A stretch of 64,000 bases of DNA, from the NCBI GenBank assembly GCA_965218095.1, contig OZ244587.1, forward strand, positions 1,312,001-1,376,000. Reading direction: 5' to 3'. Below are positions 10,513-21,209 of this stretch, one piece after another. This stretch comes from Candidatus Poribacteria bacterium (GTDB lineage Bacteria > Poribacteria > WGA-4E > PCPOR2b). The notes under the pieces were generated by a model that was not told the DNA's origin, did not search any database, and saw only the letters and a list, made by a program, of their open reading frames with translations. How positions within the stretch are numbered: the stretch's first letter is position 1; each line of letters begins with the position of its first letter. The translations under genes were made by a program, and so were the position numbers.

Positions 10513-11502
10513 ATGGAAAAACGAAGATGCGGCAGATCTGGCATCGAAATCTCTGTGCTAGGAATTGGCTGTTGGTCTTATGGCGGGGGCGATTACTGGG
10601 GCCCACAGGCGCAAGCGGATGTGGATGCTGTGGTTCAATCCGCGTTGGACAACAGCATCAACCTCTTTGACACGGCGGAGGGATATAATGAAGGACGCAG
10701 TGAGGAATCGCTGGGCAAAGCGTTGAAAGGGCGACGACATGAAGCGGTGATTGCCACCAAGATTAGTGCGAACAACACCGAACCTACTGTTTTGCGCAAG
10801 CATTGTGAAGCCAGCCTACGTCGATTGCAGACCGATTATATCGATATTTACATCGTGCACTGGCCAATCATAGAACACTCCGTCGAGGCTGCATTTGGGA
10901 CTTTGACTGCGTTGAAGACGGAAGGTAAAATCCGCTCAATTGGCGTCAGCAACTTCGGCGTCCAGCAGTTGTCCGAAGCCCTCGCCACAGGCACTCAGAT
11001 CGACGTGAACCAGCTCTGCTATAATCTCCTGTCGCGGGCGATTGAGGTAGAGATTTTGCCGTTGTGCCTGAAACACGAGATCGGCATTTTAGGCTACATG
11101 TCGCTGCTGCAAGGCATCCTGACCGGTATGTATCGGACGGTTGATGAGATTCCGCCTCTCCAGGCGCGCTTCCCGCACTTTCACAGCAATCGCCCGGATG
11201 TAGCGCATAGTGAGGCAGGAGCAGCGGAGGAGGTGTTCCAGACGATTGACGGCATAAGAGAAATCGCAGCAGCAGAGGGGGTTCCGATGAGTCAGCTCGC
11301 GATAGCCTGGACAATCGCAAAGCCCGGAATTAAATGTGAATTGGTCGGAACCCGCAACGTGTCGGAACTCCAGGAGAACCTTCAGGTCGCCTCGCTTTCC
11401 CTTTCTCCTGAGACAATCGCGCAACTGGATGCGTTGACCACTCCCCTGCTACAGAAACTCGGTGCGAATGCAGACTACTTTGGAAACACACGAATCCGTT
11501 AG
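10513..11502 (+). CDS. Aldo/keto reductase
   Basis: FDTAEGY, SLRRLQTDYIDIY, GKIRSIGVSNF; AGGA SD before MEKRRCG. Confidence 0.92.
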   Translation: MEKRRCGRSGIEISVLGIGCWSYGGGDYWGPQAQADVDAVVQSALDNSINLFDTAEGYNEGRSEESLGKALKGRRHEAVIATKISANNTEPTVLRKHCEASLRRLQTDYIDIYIVHWPIIEHSVEAAFGTLTALKTEGKIRSIGVSNFGVQQLSEALATGTQIDVNQLCYNLLSRAIEVEILPLCLKHEIGILGYMSLLQGILTGMYRTVDEIPPLQARFPHFHSNRPDVAHSEAGAAEEVFQTIDGIREIAAAEGVPMSQLAIAWTIAKPGIKCELVGTRNVSELQENLQVASLSLSPETIAQLDALTTPLLQKLGANADYFGNTRIR

Positions 11503-11528
11503 CGAATTCTTGAAGGAGGGCGAAGATA

Positions 11529-11699
11529 GTGACACAGTATAATGTCTTGATTGTTGGCGGTGGTCATAACGGACTGGTTGCAGCAGGCTATCTGGCGGAA
11601 GCGGGGCTGAACGTCCTGCTGCCAGAACGGCGTGATATATTGGAGGTAGCGTGCGTGACGGTAAATAAAAGTAACAGTTTGAACAACATGGGCGTATAA
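11529..11699 (+). pseudogene. N-terminal fragment of phytoene-desaturase-like FAD oxidoreductase
   Basis: GGAGG SD, GTG start; MTQYNVLIVGGGHNGLVAAGYLAEAGLNVLLPERR, then stop after 56 aa. Confidence 0.75.
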
Positions 11700-11794
11700 C
11701 CTGTGAATATTTTAGATTGTGTACGCGTGAACGTCCAGATTTTGATATTGATCCAACGGGTTCAACGCAAAATATAATAGAGGTGAAATCAGAT

Positions 11795-12865
11795 ATGTCT
11801 AGCAAAAATACCCCTCAAGTTAAAATTCCCTCAATAATGAAGGCCGTTGTGTACCACGAATTTGGTGGGCCAGAGGTTCTGTGCTACGAGGAAATACCGA
11901 CGCCCGAGCCGGGAGAAGGCGAAGTGCTAGTCAAAGTGCTCGCTGTTGCTATTGATTATATCCAACTTCACATCCGGCATGGTGGCAGCGGTCGCATCGG
12001 ATCAGCGCGAGAGCCGAGCTACGGCATCAAGCATCCGCCGTACGTTCCCGGTGGAATGGCCTGCGTGGAAGTTGTGGCAGTCGGCTCTGACACTGAAGGC
12101 GTCGAAATCGGCACACGCCATCTGATCGGTGGGTTGCGACCGGGTTCATGCGTCGAGTTTGGCATGGTTAATGACAGGGCTTTACAGCCCCGTTCTGACG
12201 GCAGACCTGGCCCGACAGCCTATCCGACATCCTTCACACCGGCGCAGGCGGCCGCCTTCGACTATGCGCCGGTTGCGTATCACACACTGAAAATCGCGGC
12301 GGGTTTACAGGCGGAGGAGACCGTGCTCATTCACGCCGCCGCGGGCGGCACAGGAGTCCTAGCTGTCCAGCTTGCCAAGTGCTTCGACGCGTTGGTCATA
12401 GCAACAGCGGGAAGCGAAGAAAAACTCGAATTGGTGCGAGAACTGGGCGCCGATGTCGCGATCAACTATCAAACTGATGACTTCGTGGCTGCTGCGTTAG
12501 CGGCTACAGATGGACGTGGTGTGGATGTCGTGTGGGAACTGGTGGGCGGCGAGGTCTTCACCCGAAGCCTCGATTGCATGGCCGAAGGTGGTCGGATGGT
12601 GAGTTTCGGCTCAAACTCCTTCACAGGTACAGGTCAGATCGATTTCTGGCCGTTTTGGGTGAAGGAGCTGAAGCTCATTGGGTGGGGTGGTATAGGCAAT
12701 GCACAAGCTCGCGCACCCGAGATTATGGAGGAGCTGATCGCCCTTGCCGAGGCTGGCAAACTCCAGCCGGTGGTAAGCCATGTGTACCGATTTGAGGAGG
12801 CATCTCAGGCGCACCGCCTGATCGAGGAACGAAAGTCAATTGGGAAAGTGGTACTGGTCCCGTAG
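11795..12865 (+). CDS. MDR-family NADPH:quinone oxidoreductase
   Basis: MKAVVYHEFGGPEVL, AAAGGTG nucleotide-binding motif, GRGVDVV, GKVVL terminus. Confidence 0.9.
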   Translation: MSSKNTPQVKIPSIMKAVVYHEFGGPEVLCYEEIPTPEPGEGEVLVKVLAVAIDYIQLHIRHGGSGRIGSAREPSYGIKHPPYVPGGMACVEVVAVGSDTEGVEIGTRHLIGGLRPGSCVEFGMVNDRALQPRSDGRPGPTAYPTSFTPAQAAAFDYAPVAYHTLKIAAGLQAEETVLIHAAAGGTGVLAVQLAKCFDALVIATAGSEEKLELVRELGADVAINYQTDDFVAAALAATDGRGVDVVWELVGGEVFTRSLDCMAEGGRMVSFGSNSFTGTGQIDFWPFWVKELKLIGWGGIGNAQARAPEIMEELIALAEAGKLQPVVSHVYRFEEASQAHRLIEERKSIGKVVLVP

Positions 12866-12968
12866 GTCTTTCGCCCAGCTCGCACACCGTCATGTTGCTG
12901 TAGGCCAGATCGCCGCCATTTGCCACACCTCCATTCGTTGTCATTCGTATCTCACCCTCACAGAACTG

Positions 12969-13032
12969 AGTGGTGGAGTGGTGAGTAGGAAGGGGTAAAT
13001 CCCTAATCACCACTTACTAATCACCACTCACT
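12969..13032. repeat. Inverted array of short degenerate repeats (GAGTGGT.. / ..CACCACT)
   Basis: gagtggtggagtggtgagtagg ... ctaatcaccacttactaatcaccactcact between convergent genes. Confidence 0.6.
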
Positions 13033-13119
13033 GGTTCCCAAATGGCCAATGATTCGACCGTAAACCTCGGGGAATTGAATAAAAATTGACGAGATGTTGA
13101 AAATGAGCTTAGAAACACC

Positions 13120-13641
13120 TCACCCATCCCAACTGGCGATGAAGTCTTCGACATCGAAATCGGCAGACATTTCGGTAAGCAAGTACCGCATCGGCCGAGA
13201 CCCCAGGTCAGGAACAGACCGCTCCACGTCCGACTGTATACCCTTCAACAGCGCTTGTTCAATGGGATCGATGTCACGATGCCAGGCAGCGGGTCCATGA
13301 TCTCGCACAGGGCTGCACATGAGCGCTATCAGGAGGATGGCTACCTCCGGTGCCTTCATGAGTTGTTGACTAACGCCGAGTATATTTTCGTGAAGGCAGA
13401 ACTCCGCCGTGTTGGCGGTTTCTTCATCAACGACACCGTCGAAAAACACTCGCGGCTGTACGCTGGTTTCCCAGACACCGCCTGGCGGGTCATCAAGGTT
13501 CCGCGCCCACTCCCAAATGGCCTTCTGCCGCTCGACGAGAATCTCAAAGCTCTCACGCAGTTCGTCTAACTGTTCCGGCGGGATGACCTCCCGCAAAATG
13601 ATATACCCATCGTCAAGAAGTTGTTGCGGGTTGACTTCCAT
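13120..13641 (-). pseudogene. Phytanoyl-CoA dioxygenase (PhyH)-like protein with probable internal deletion
   Basis: LLDDGYIILREVIP N-terminus and WHRD (HxD) motif; only 173 aa, the rest of the jelly-roll and distal His are missing. Confidence 0.65.
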
Positions 13642-13692
13642 ATTTGGTTCTCCTTCCGTTAATCGTCTCACCGCATGTCCACTTCTAAATCT

Positions 13693-14730
13693 CTATTTCA
13701 CCAGATCTGCCTCCCGGACGCTGACCTTCAGGTCGCCCTGACCGGTGAAGAGCCACAGCAAGCCCGGCTCAATTTCATAAAGGCACGCATAAGACAGCCA
13801 AGCATCTTTCTCTCGGACAATCACAGCGGGTTTGGTCCATGTCGCCCCTTCGTCCTCCGAAAAGGCAATCGAGAGCTCCTCCCGATGCCAACTCGCCTTG
13901 GCTTCAGAAAATTGTCCGCTGCGCCGCGGAAAACTGTTCTGTCCCTCCGGGTATAAGCGGTTCCATACCAGCACCAATCGTCCACTAGCCAGCCGAGTGA
14001 GGTAGCCCGGCGAGGTGCTGGCTTCGATTGCGCTCGGTTGAATCACCCGCCATGATAATCCTTGGTTGTCCGAATAGGCCTCCCAGAACCGATCCCAATT
14101 GGTGCGGATTAACATCCACAGCCGGCCATCTTTCAACTCGACCAACGTGGGTTCAACGGCTCCGTCGTGGTGTCCATGACCACCGAGATCGATGATATTA
14201 CTTCTCTTCCAGGTCGTCCCGTTATCGGCTGAAGAACAGGTACAGATAACGTTGCGACCAGGGTTACGCATATAAAACTGTACTGGCGCCACGATCCGCC
14301 CGATTTTTGTCTGGATTATATTTATGGGGGGATGGCCAATAATTCCCTTAAAGAGCCGTTGTCGATCAACCCACGTCTGCCCCTCGTCCAGACTACGTAT
14401 TGCCCACAGGTCGCCGTGGTCATCTTCGCCTGGTTCTCCGGTGGCATCATCCCAATTCAAGACTCGTTCATCCATCCAGACCACGATAATCACACCATCA
14501 ACAGTTTTGAAAATCTGCCTGGCACTACTCGGTATGCCTGGCCCTGACCCCGCGTAAATCGTCCGTGCCTCAGACCAACTTTTGCCTTGATCGTTGCTGA
14601 TGCGGACAGCGTTGCCTTCCACAATCATCAGACGGCTATCGTTCAATCTGACGAATGGACCGCTTTTGTCTATCGAAAGCAGCTCGAACCGCGGATCGAT
14701 CCAGCGCTTTCCCTCAGCATCGTTCTTCAT
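13693..14730 (-). CDS. BNR/Asp-box repeat sialidase-family protein
   Basis: Five Asp-boxes: SNDQGKSW, SLDEGQTW, SADNGTTW, SDNQGLSW, SEDEGATW. Confidence 0.88.
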   Translation of the reverse strand: MKNDAEGKRWIDPRFELLSIDKSGPFVRLNDSRLMIVEGNAVRISNDQGKSWSEARTIYAGSGPGIPSSARQIFKTVDGVIIVVWMDERVLNWDDATGEPGEDDHGDLWAIRSLDEGQTWVDRQRLFKGIIGHPPINIIQTKIGRIVAPVQFYMRNPGRNVICTCSSADNGTTWKRSNIIDLGGHGHHDGAVEPTLVELKDGRLWMLIRTNWDRFWEAYSDNQGLSWRVIQPSAIEASTSPGYLTRLASGRLVLVWNRLYPEGQNSFPRRSGQFSEAKASWHREELSIAFSEDEGATWTKPAVIVREKDAWLSYACLYEIEPGLLWLFTGQGDLKVSVREADLVK

Positions 14731-14819
14731 ACTCAACACTCCTTGTGTATCAAGTCTATCCAATTCTCATCAAGCGAAGACTCCATTGCTTTATATTTAC
14801 TGTCATATAACCTACATTC

Positions 14820-14895
14820 GCCCCCCGGCCTCCAATTTTGGGGGAGTTTGTGGGATTTTCGCTATTCTCCCCCAGCATTGGGGGGCCGAGGGGGC
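14820..14895. repeat. GC-rich palindromic REP-like element
   Basis: CCCCCCGGCCTCCAATTTTGGGGGAG ... CTCCCCCAGCATTGGGGGGCCGAGGGGG imperfect inverted repeat. Confidence 0.65.
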
Positions 14896-15126
14896 AAGCC
14901 ACCAGTGGATCTGCCGATGAGATCTTTTAATCCAAAGTCAAGATAATTACCTGTTAAATTCTCGTTAGCCCGAAAGGTTTCAAAAACCTTTCGGGCTAAC
15001 GAGTTCCAAAAAGATTTGTGTCGAAGTAAACAGATGCCCCTCATCCATTCTTCCCACTTTTGAAACGGCATTTTTACTGCCCGCCGCGTTTTCGAGGCAG
15101 TCGCTACCGGAGGTTCTGGACTCAGG

Positions 15127-15533
15127 TTACACCTTCGATTCCAGAATCTGCATCACCTCGAAGACAAGGCATTGGGTGAACGGAAAAAGGCTATGCGGCG
15201 CGATCCAAAATCGGCACTGATTTCTACCGGTTCGATAAGCGCTTCCGTACCCAGCCGTGTGATCTGTTGGCACGCCCCATCCAGGTCGTCGACTTCAAAT
15301 ACCCCATGGGTCAGACCGGGCATGAGCCAATGGTTGAGCTTGTCTTCAAAGACCGGTTTTGGAGTCAAAAAGAGACGGGTTCCGCCAAACTCCAGCAGCG
15401 CATACGCATATTCCCCATCGGGTCTGGAGCGTGTTCCACGCAACAAAAGTTTGGTGCCCAGTTCTTCGAGAAGGCCAATTTCTCCATCCAGATCGCCAAC
15501 TTTCAAGCCAATGTTCTAAAGACTTGCATCCAT
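15127..15533 (-). pseudogene. VOC/glyoxalase family protein, disrupted
   Basis: AGGAGG SD; MDASL*NIGLKV with TAG at 15516-15518; HGVFEVDDLD, RIAFFRSPN; frameshift near 15170 hides the ending LVFEVMQILESKV*. Confidence 0.75.
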
Positions 15534-15620
15534 ACTTTGTCCTCCTACTATAATCCTGAATTATAACCCACCGTGTGAAAAAGTCAAGATCTTTATTTCC
15601 GGTTTCCTGAACATCCATCA

Positions 15621-15649
15621 TTGTCAAATTTTGCAGCGTGTGATATACT
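15621..15649 (+). promoter_or_regulatory. Sigma70-like promoter for DUF4398-OmpA operon
   Basis: TTGTCA-17 nt-TATACT with TGn extension. Confidence 0.55.
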
Positions 15650-15793
15650 TTCAAACAAAATGCGACATATACTTAGCACCGCATGAAATTGCGCTTTGAA
15701 ATCTTGCGAAGGTTTGAAATCTTCGCAAGGGTTGGCCCCCAAAAAAGCTCAATTTCTGGCGGCGGGCAGTATACACCATTCAGGAGAAGTTTG

Positions 15794-16201
15794 ATGAAAC
15801 AATCGATAATATTTGTAGGTTTCGGTTTGATCGTTGCTCTGATTAGTCTTGGATGTGGGACATCGAATCAGCTTGCGGCGGAAATCGTCTACGATGCCAG
15901 AGCACAGGTAAATTCAGCCAAAGAAGTGGAGGCTCAAAGTTTAGCAAGTCAAGAATTGGCGGATGCGGAACAGATGCTCTCCAGGGCAGAAGATGCACTG
16001 AGCGCTGGAAAAGAGAAAGAGTCGTATCGTCTAGGGATGCGTGCCTACCTGAAATCCAAAGTTGCGGAAGCCATCGCCATCGCCAATCGAATAGAGGCGA
16101 AAGCTCGCACAGCAGAACAGGAGTTGGAGTTGAAAGTACAAGCTGTGGAAGCCACACGCCGTGCGCTCGGACAGGCGGAAAGGGAGTTAGCACAGTTATG
16201 A
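15794..16201 (+). CDS. DUF4398-like helical lipoprotein
   Basis: AGGAG SD; lipobox ISLGC; Ala/Glu-rich helices; typical partner upstream of OmpA-domain genes. Confidence 0.7.
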   Translation: MKQSIIFVGFGLIVALISLGCGTSNQLAAEIVYDARAQVNSAKEVEAQSLASQELADAEQMLSRAEDALSAGKEKESYRLGMRAYLKSKVAEAIAIANRIEAKARTAEQELELKVQAVEATRRALGQAERELAQL

Positions 16202-16334
16202 TCAACGCCTGTTGAAAATCTCGATCCTATCGGGGAAGAATAATCATCAACCGTCAGAGGAACGATATATGTCCCAATTGAACCGATTCATACGACACGC
16301 AATACGCAACACACAATATACAATACAAGGATGC

Positions 16335-18062
16335 ATGAACAGATACTGTAGGAGGGTGAGCGCTGTCCCCTATTGGATCCAGTCTTGGTGGTCGTCGCTC
16401 ACCCTACTGCTAGTGATATTCGGCTTTGTGGGCTGCGCCGGAAAAGTGGATCCAATCCTGCTTGAATCAAGCCTGAACGACACCCAGAATGCCATTTCCG
16501 ACGCACGGCATTTGGGCGCCAAAGAACATGCGACTGAAACTTTGGCTAAAGCAACGAGGCTACTCGACGAGGCGCAACAAGCGCAACGTGCTGGGAACGG
16601 AATTCAAAGCCTGGAGTTGGCATTTCAGGCACAGATGGAGTCACAGATTGGGGGCGCACAGGCACGTCAACGCATTGCTCAAAACCGCATTGAGGAAGCT
16701 CGTGCTGAGACATTGAGGGCGATGGTTCAGAAGATGGAGTATAAGATTCAAATCGCCCAGGCGCGTCAGGCGATTGCGGAGGAGCAAGCGAAGCGGGCTT
16801 TGGCAAGAGCCGTTCGCGCAGAGCAGCGTGCATCAGCAGCACAAGCCGAATCAGAAGTCGCTAGAAGTAATGCGAAGAAAGCCCTTCTTCGAGCCCAAAC
16901 ACAACAGTCAATTGCTAAAGCGAAACTGATATTCGATGCCGCCAAAGAGGCCGGAGCGCTCACCTATGCAACGGACGACTATCGAGAAGCTGAAAACCTG
17001 ATTGTCCAAGCGCGTTCCCTGCTCGCGCAGGACAAGTTCGATCAAGCCAAATCGATAGCTGTCCAGGCCGAGGATCGCGCAAATGAGGCAAAGATCGCTG
17101 CCATTGCTGGGGCGAACGCTGCCGCCAACGAATCACAAGCGGCAAAACTCCAGGCATATACAAATGCAAAAGTCGGAATCACACGCGCGCAGTTGGAGCT
17201 CGATCGGGCGGAAAGCGTCAATGCGTTTGAACATGCAGAAGCCCTTTTTCAACGCGCTGTGACAACTCTCGAACAGGCGAATATGGCGCTAAAAAGGGAG
17301 GCATATGATCAGGCACTGCAACTCGCTGCGCGAGCCGAAAGCAGCGCGCGTGACGCTTTCGCTACTGCTGAAGTCGTTGAACGGGAGCACCGCGCAAAGG
17401 AAGCAAAAGAGGAACAGATCGCTCAAGCCAAGGACACGATCTTCAAGGCGGAAGAAGCACTAAATCAGGAGACGTCAGCGACAGTAACAACGTTCAGCCC
17501 CAAACTCTACGAACAGGCGAAAACTTTGTTCGCTGACGCCAAGCAAGCCCTTGCAAATGAAAATTACACTCGTGCGATTAGCGATGGGCAGTTGAGCTAT
17601 AGGCGCTTGGAGAGTGCGATTGGGAAAGCCAGACGGATCGAGGCGATTGAGACGCAGATTCTCGATGCTGCGAAAGCCATTTCCGGTGCAGAAACGGATC
17701 AAACGGCGAAAGGCGTCCTCATCCGATTCAGTGGTGAACTTTTCAAATCCGGGAGTTCGGAAATCAATCTGAAATTCCTCCCGCAGATCTGCCAACTCGC
17801 TGAAGTTATCAAAGCGTACCTTGATTACAAAGTTCGGATCGAAGGGCATAGTGACAGCAGTGGGGAAACTGATGCCAATCTCAGGTTGACGGCGAAACGC
17901 GCCAACACCTTTACGAAATACCTCGCCGAAAAATGCGATGTCCCAGCGAAACGGATGACCCCTGTTGGTTTGGGCGAAGGCTATCCCATTGTGGACAACA
18001 GATCTAAGGCGGGGCAAGATAAGAATCGGCGGATTGACACGATCATCCTGACGCGGGAGTAG
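16335..18062 (+). CDS. OmpA/MotB-domain lipoprotein with multiple DUF4398-like helical repeats
   Basis: Lipobox FVGC; long Ala-rich helical region; C-terminal LFKSGS...RIEGHSD...NLRLTAKRA...GLGE..P...NRRID. Confidence 0.85.
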   Translation: MNRYCRRVSAVPYWIQSWWSSLTLLLVIFGFVGCAGKVDPILLESSLNDTQNAISDARHLGAKEHATETLAKATRLLDEAQQAQRAGNGIQSLELAFQAQMESQIGGAQARQRIAQNRIEEARAETLRAMVQKMEYKIQIAQARQAIAEEQAKRALARAVRAEQRASAAQAESEVARSNAKKALLRAQTQQSIAKAKLIFDAAKEAGALTYATDDYREAENLIVQARSLLAQDKFDQAKSIAVQAEDRANEAKIAAIAGANAAANESQAAKLQAYTNAKVGITRAQLELDRAESVNAFEHAEALFQRAVTTLEQANMALKREAYDQALQLAARAESSARDAFATAEVVEREHRAKEAKEEQIAQAKDTIFKAEEALNQETSATVTTFSPKLYEQAKTLFADAKQALANENYTRAISDGQLSYRRLESAIGKARRIEAIETQILDAAKAISGAETDQTAKGVLIRFSGELFKSGSSEINLKFLPQICQLAEVIKAYLDYKVRIEGHSDSSGETDANLRLTAKRANTFTKYLAEKCDVPAKRMTPVGLGEGYPIVDNRSKAGQDKNRRIDTIILTRE

Positions 18063-18134
18063 AAAGGAGATAAGGAGCAAGGGAGGCAGGGGAGAAAAGG
18101 AAGGTGGAGTTCAAGAGTTCACTCACGCATCACA

Positions 18135-18491
18135 TTGTACGCATCGGAGGTTTACAAGCGCGTGCCAGATCAAGACACATCTCAAAAGATTGAACCGTTC
18201 ATCATCCACCAGATTGCGCAAAGTCTGTTCGCGGATAGATATATCATCATCTACGATAACACAATTCAGTTTCACAGCCACTGCTACCACGTCAAACGGA
18301 TTGAGGACATGGCTCACCCATACAGCGGGCACTATTACCTGGTGGATGCGAATACGCAACTAGCCATGCAGACCGATGTGGACTTCGCCGCACCGGGATG
18401 TTACGGGGTAATCTTTGATCCGACCACAGGGGAAATTGTTGGTTATGATGGTAGTGAGAATGAAGTAGGAAAAGGTGTATACAGAGAATAA
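18135..18491 (+). CDS. Hypothetical protein
   Basis: Protein-like ORF co-oriented between two genes; start uncertain. Confidence 0.45.
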   Translation: MYASEVYKRVPDQDTSQKIEPFIIHQIAQSLFADRYIIIYDNTIQFHSHCYHVKRIEDMAHPYSGHYYLVDANTQLAMQTDVDFAAPGCYGVIFDPTTGEIVGYDGSENEVGKGVYRE

Positions 18492-18500
18492 GATTTGAAA

Positions 18501-19839
18501 ATGATAACAGGCACAGTCTACCTTAACCAGAACGAAGATGGCGCCCATCAACCTCATGAGCCAGGACTTGCTCGCGTTGTGGTATCAAATGGGTATGATG
18601 TGATCTCCACCGATGACGATGGCAGATATCAACTCCCTGACGTAGAGGCAGAATTTGTGTTCATTTCCGCGCCGGGGGGTTATCGCCTGACTTCGCCGTT
18701 TTATCACCCCATCAATTCCTTCCGCTTAAATGGTTTCAACTTTGGACTTGTCCCCGACAATCAACTTTCTGCCTTTACCTTCGTCCATTACACCGACATG
18801 CACTTAACGGATGGGCGCCATCCGGTGGAAGGGTTTCGTGAATTCATCGCAGAGGTTAATGGGATGTCTCCAGCGCCGGCATTCGCAACCGGGACGGGCG
18901 ACATCACCCTTCAGGGTGGGGCGAGGGAGATGTATGCCAAAGCGGTCGAGGCTTTCAACGTTCCAGTCTACCACGCGATGGGCAACCACGAGATGCTCGT
19001 AGGACAACCTGATCCGAAGGCTGCATACAAAACGCTTTTCGGTCCAACCTACTACTCATTCAATATAGCGGTGTACATTTTGTCGTTATGGATGGGCACC
19101 AGGCTAATCCGAGGCAGGAAGGGTGGAAGAATGTAATTGGCTCCGTCAGTGACTGCGAGCTAGATTGGCTGCGTGCAGACCTGCAACACATCGAACCGGG
19201 GATGCCTATCATCGGGTTCATTCACATACCGCTTGTCAGTACCTTTACTGAACGTCGAGGGGAGCACCCGCTGAGTGCGCCCTGGTGGGAGGTCGTCAAC
19301 TACGATGCGGTAATCGATGTCTTCGCCGAGCACAACACCAAGCTCATCTTACAAGGGCACCTGCACGAGAACGAACGCATCCACTACCGGGGAATTGACT
19401 TCATCACATCGGGGGCAGTGTGCGGCAGTTGGTGGCGGGATGTGCTCAATTTCGATGGCAGCCCACGAGGGTATCAGATCGTATCAGTCGTCGAAGATGA
19501 GGTGACATCGCTCTACAAATCGACTGGATTTCCCCTCAATCATCAACTCCGAATTGAGGCGCCAGAAGTAGACAAGCCGAAAGCCCGAAGATACCGATTG
19601 GGGTCAATGTGTTCGATGGCACAGCGGAGACGCGGGTGGAATACGCCATCAACCAGGGGGAGTGGCAACCGATGGCCTTCAGCTCGACCCACCTTACCTA
19701 TACAACGCGATCCTGTCCTCACTACTGGAAAGCAACTGTCCGCACGGAAAACCTGCCATGCGGGGCCCACCTGTTGAAGGTGTGAGCAACTTTTCCGACC
19801 GAAGACAGCTATCAGGGGTGCCGGTGGATAGAAGTGTAA
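18501..19839 (+). pseudogene. Calcineurin-like metallophosphoesterase, frameshifted
   Basis: DMH, GD, GNHE motifs in 18495..19136; HIP and GHLH in 19088..19777; frameshifts near 19065 and 19585; TGA at 19783-19785 (LLKV*AT). Confidence 0.8.
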
Positions 19840-19957
19840 GATAGGCGAACACGAAGAAAACGAGAAGAAGGTACAGGGAGATTAGAAAAGGAAGAATGGA
19901 AGAAGATGAGAAATTTCACGTAAGACGTTTTACGCAATACGCTTCACGCTTCACGCT

Positions 19958-20821
19958 TCACGTCAAATATTTACCGGTTAACAGATTAAGCCGATGCTTT
20001 GTTGCTTCGGGGATATGTGCCGAATCTGTTGCAATCGACTTCTCAAGCGCCCGGGGGCAAGGACACCCTTCGCGTCTATCCGGAATTTTAGGAATAATAG
20101 CTTTGACAGTACGCTTTGCAATCTCTACATTCGCCGCTAGATTCTGGAAGATCATCTCCGCCGTGACGAAATCGTGTTCTGGATGCCAGCAGTCGTAATC
20201 AGTTGAACAAGCGAGAACGGCGTAACAGATCTCTGCTTCACGAGCGAGTTTTGCTTCAGGGGCAGCCGTCATACCGATCACGTCGAACCCAAGCTGTCTA
20301 TAAACATTCGATTCAGCCTGGGTGGAGAAGGCAGGGCCCTCCATACAGATATATGTGCCGCCTATGTGAACCGTCGCGCCAACTTCGGTGGCATTGTCAT
20401 ACAGAAGTTGACTGAGGATGGGGCAAAACGGATGGGCAAGGCTGACGTGGGCAGAGATTCCTTCACCGAAAAAGGTATTCATCCGATTCTTGGTGTGATC
20501 ATAGAGTTGATCGGGGATAACGAAGTGGCGTGGCTCAATCTCAGCCTTGAGGCTACCGACCGCGCTCGCGGAGATAATCCACTCAACCCCCAGGTCTTTC
20601 AGAGCGTAGATGTTAGCGCGCACATTGATCTCTGATGGGAGCAGCCGATGTCCAACGCTGTGACGTGGCAGAAATGCGACGCGCGTTCCTTCGATTGTGC
20701 CTAGAGTTAACGGATCGCTCGGTTTTCCAAAGGGGGTATCGACGTCAATCTCTTCAATGTCCGTTAATTTCTCCATTTGATAAAATCCTGAACCGCCAAT
20801 CACTCCAATTTTAACGTTCAT
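19958..20821 (-). CDS. mtnP: S-methyl-5'-thioadenosine phosphorylase
   Basis: IGVIGGSGFY, TPFGKPS, FLPRH, RANIYALK, EGPAFST, IGMT..PEAKLAREAE, TDYDCW. Confidence 0.93.
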   Translation of the reverse strand: MNVKIGVIGGSGFYQMEKLTDIEEIDVDTPFGKPSDPLTLGTIEGTRVAFLPRHSVGHRLLPSEINVRANIYALKDLGVEWIISASAVGSLKAEIEPRHFVIPDQLYDHTKNRMNTFFGEGISAHVSLAHPFCPILSQLLYDNATEVGATVHIGGTYICMEGPAFSTQAESNVYRQLGFDVIGMTAAPEAKLAREAEICYAVLACSTDYDCWHPEHDFVTAEMIFQNLAANVEIAKRTVKAIIPKIPDRREGCPCPRALEKSIATDSAHIPEATKHRLNLLTGKYLT

Positions 20822-21209
20822 GAGTTCTCCATTCCAGAATGGCATTCGATTAAATGGATAAAATGTGAACAGTATCACATTGCCCATTCAAGTTGATATA
20901 TATCCTATTTTGACAATGTTAAATTACTGCGTAACAGGGATTCGCCGCACATCTGGGGAGATATATTCCTTAAAACGCTCAATAAACGCCGGTTATCCTA
21001 ACTCTCCAATGCCGGTTTCAGACTCTGGTGTAATGTTTGCTGAACGCACAACGCCCTACGGCATTACGATTGACGTTTCCCGAATATAAGCGATAAAATG
21101 AAAATGCGAATGAGGGACGAGCTGCTGGACTATTTTATCAAATTGCCACATTTTTTTCAATGGGTTTTCAGCAAAGCAAATAAGAAACCCGAGAGAAGAG
21201 ATTAAAGTT

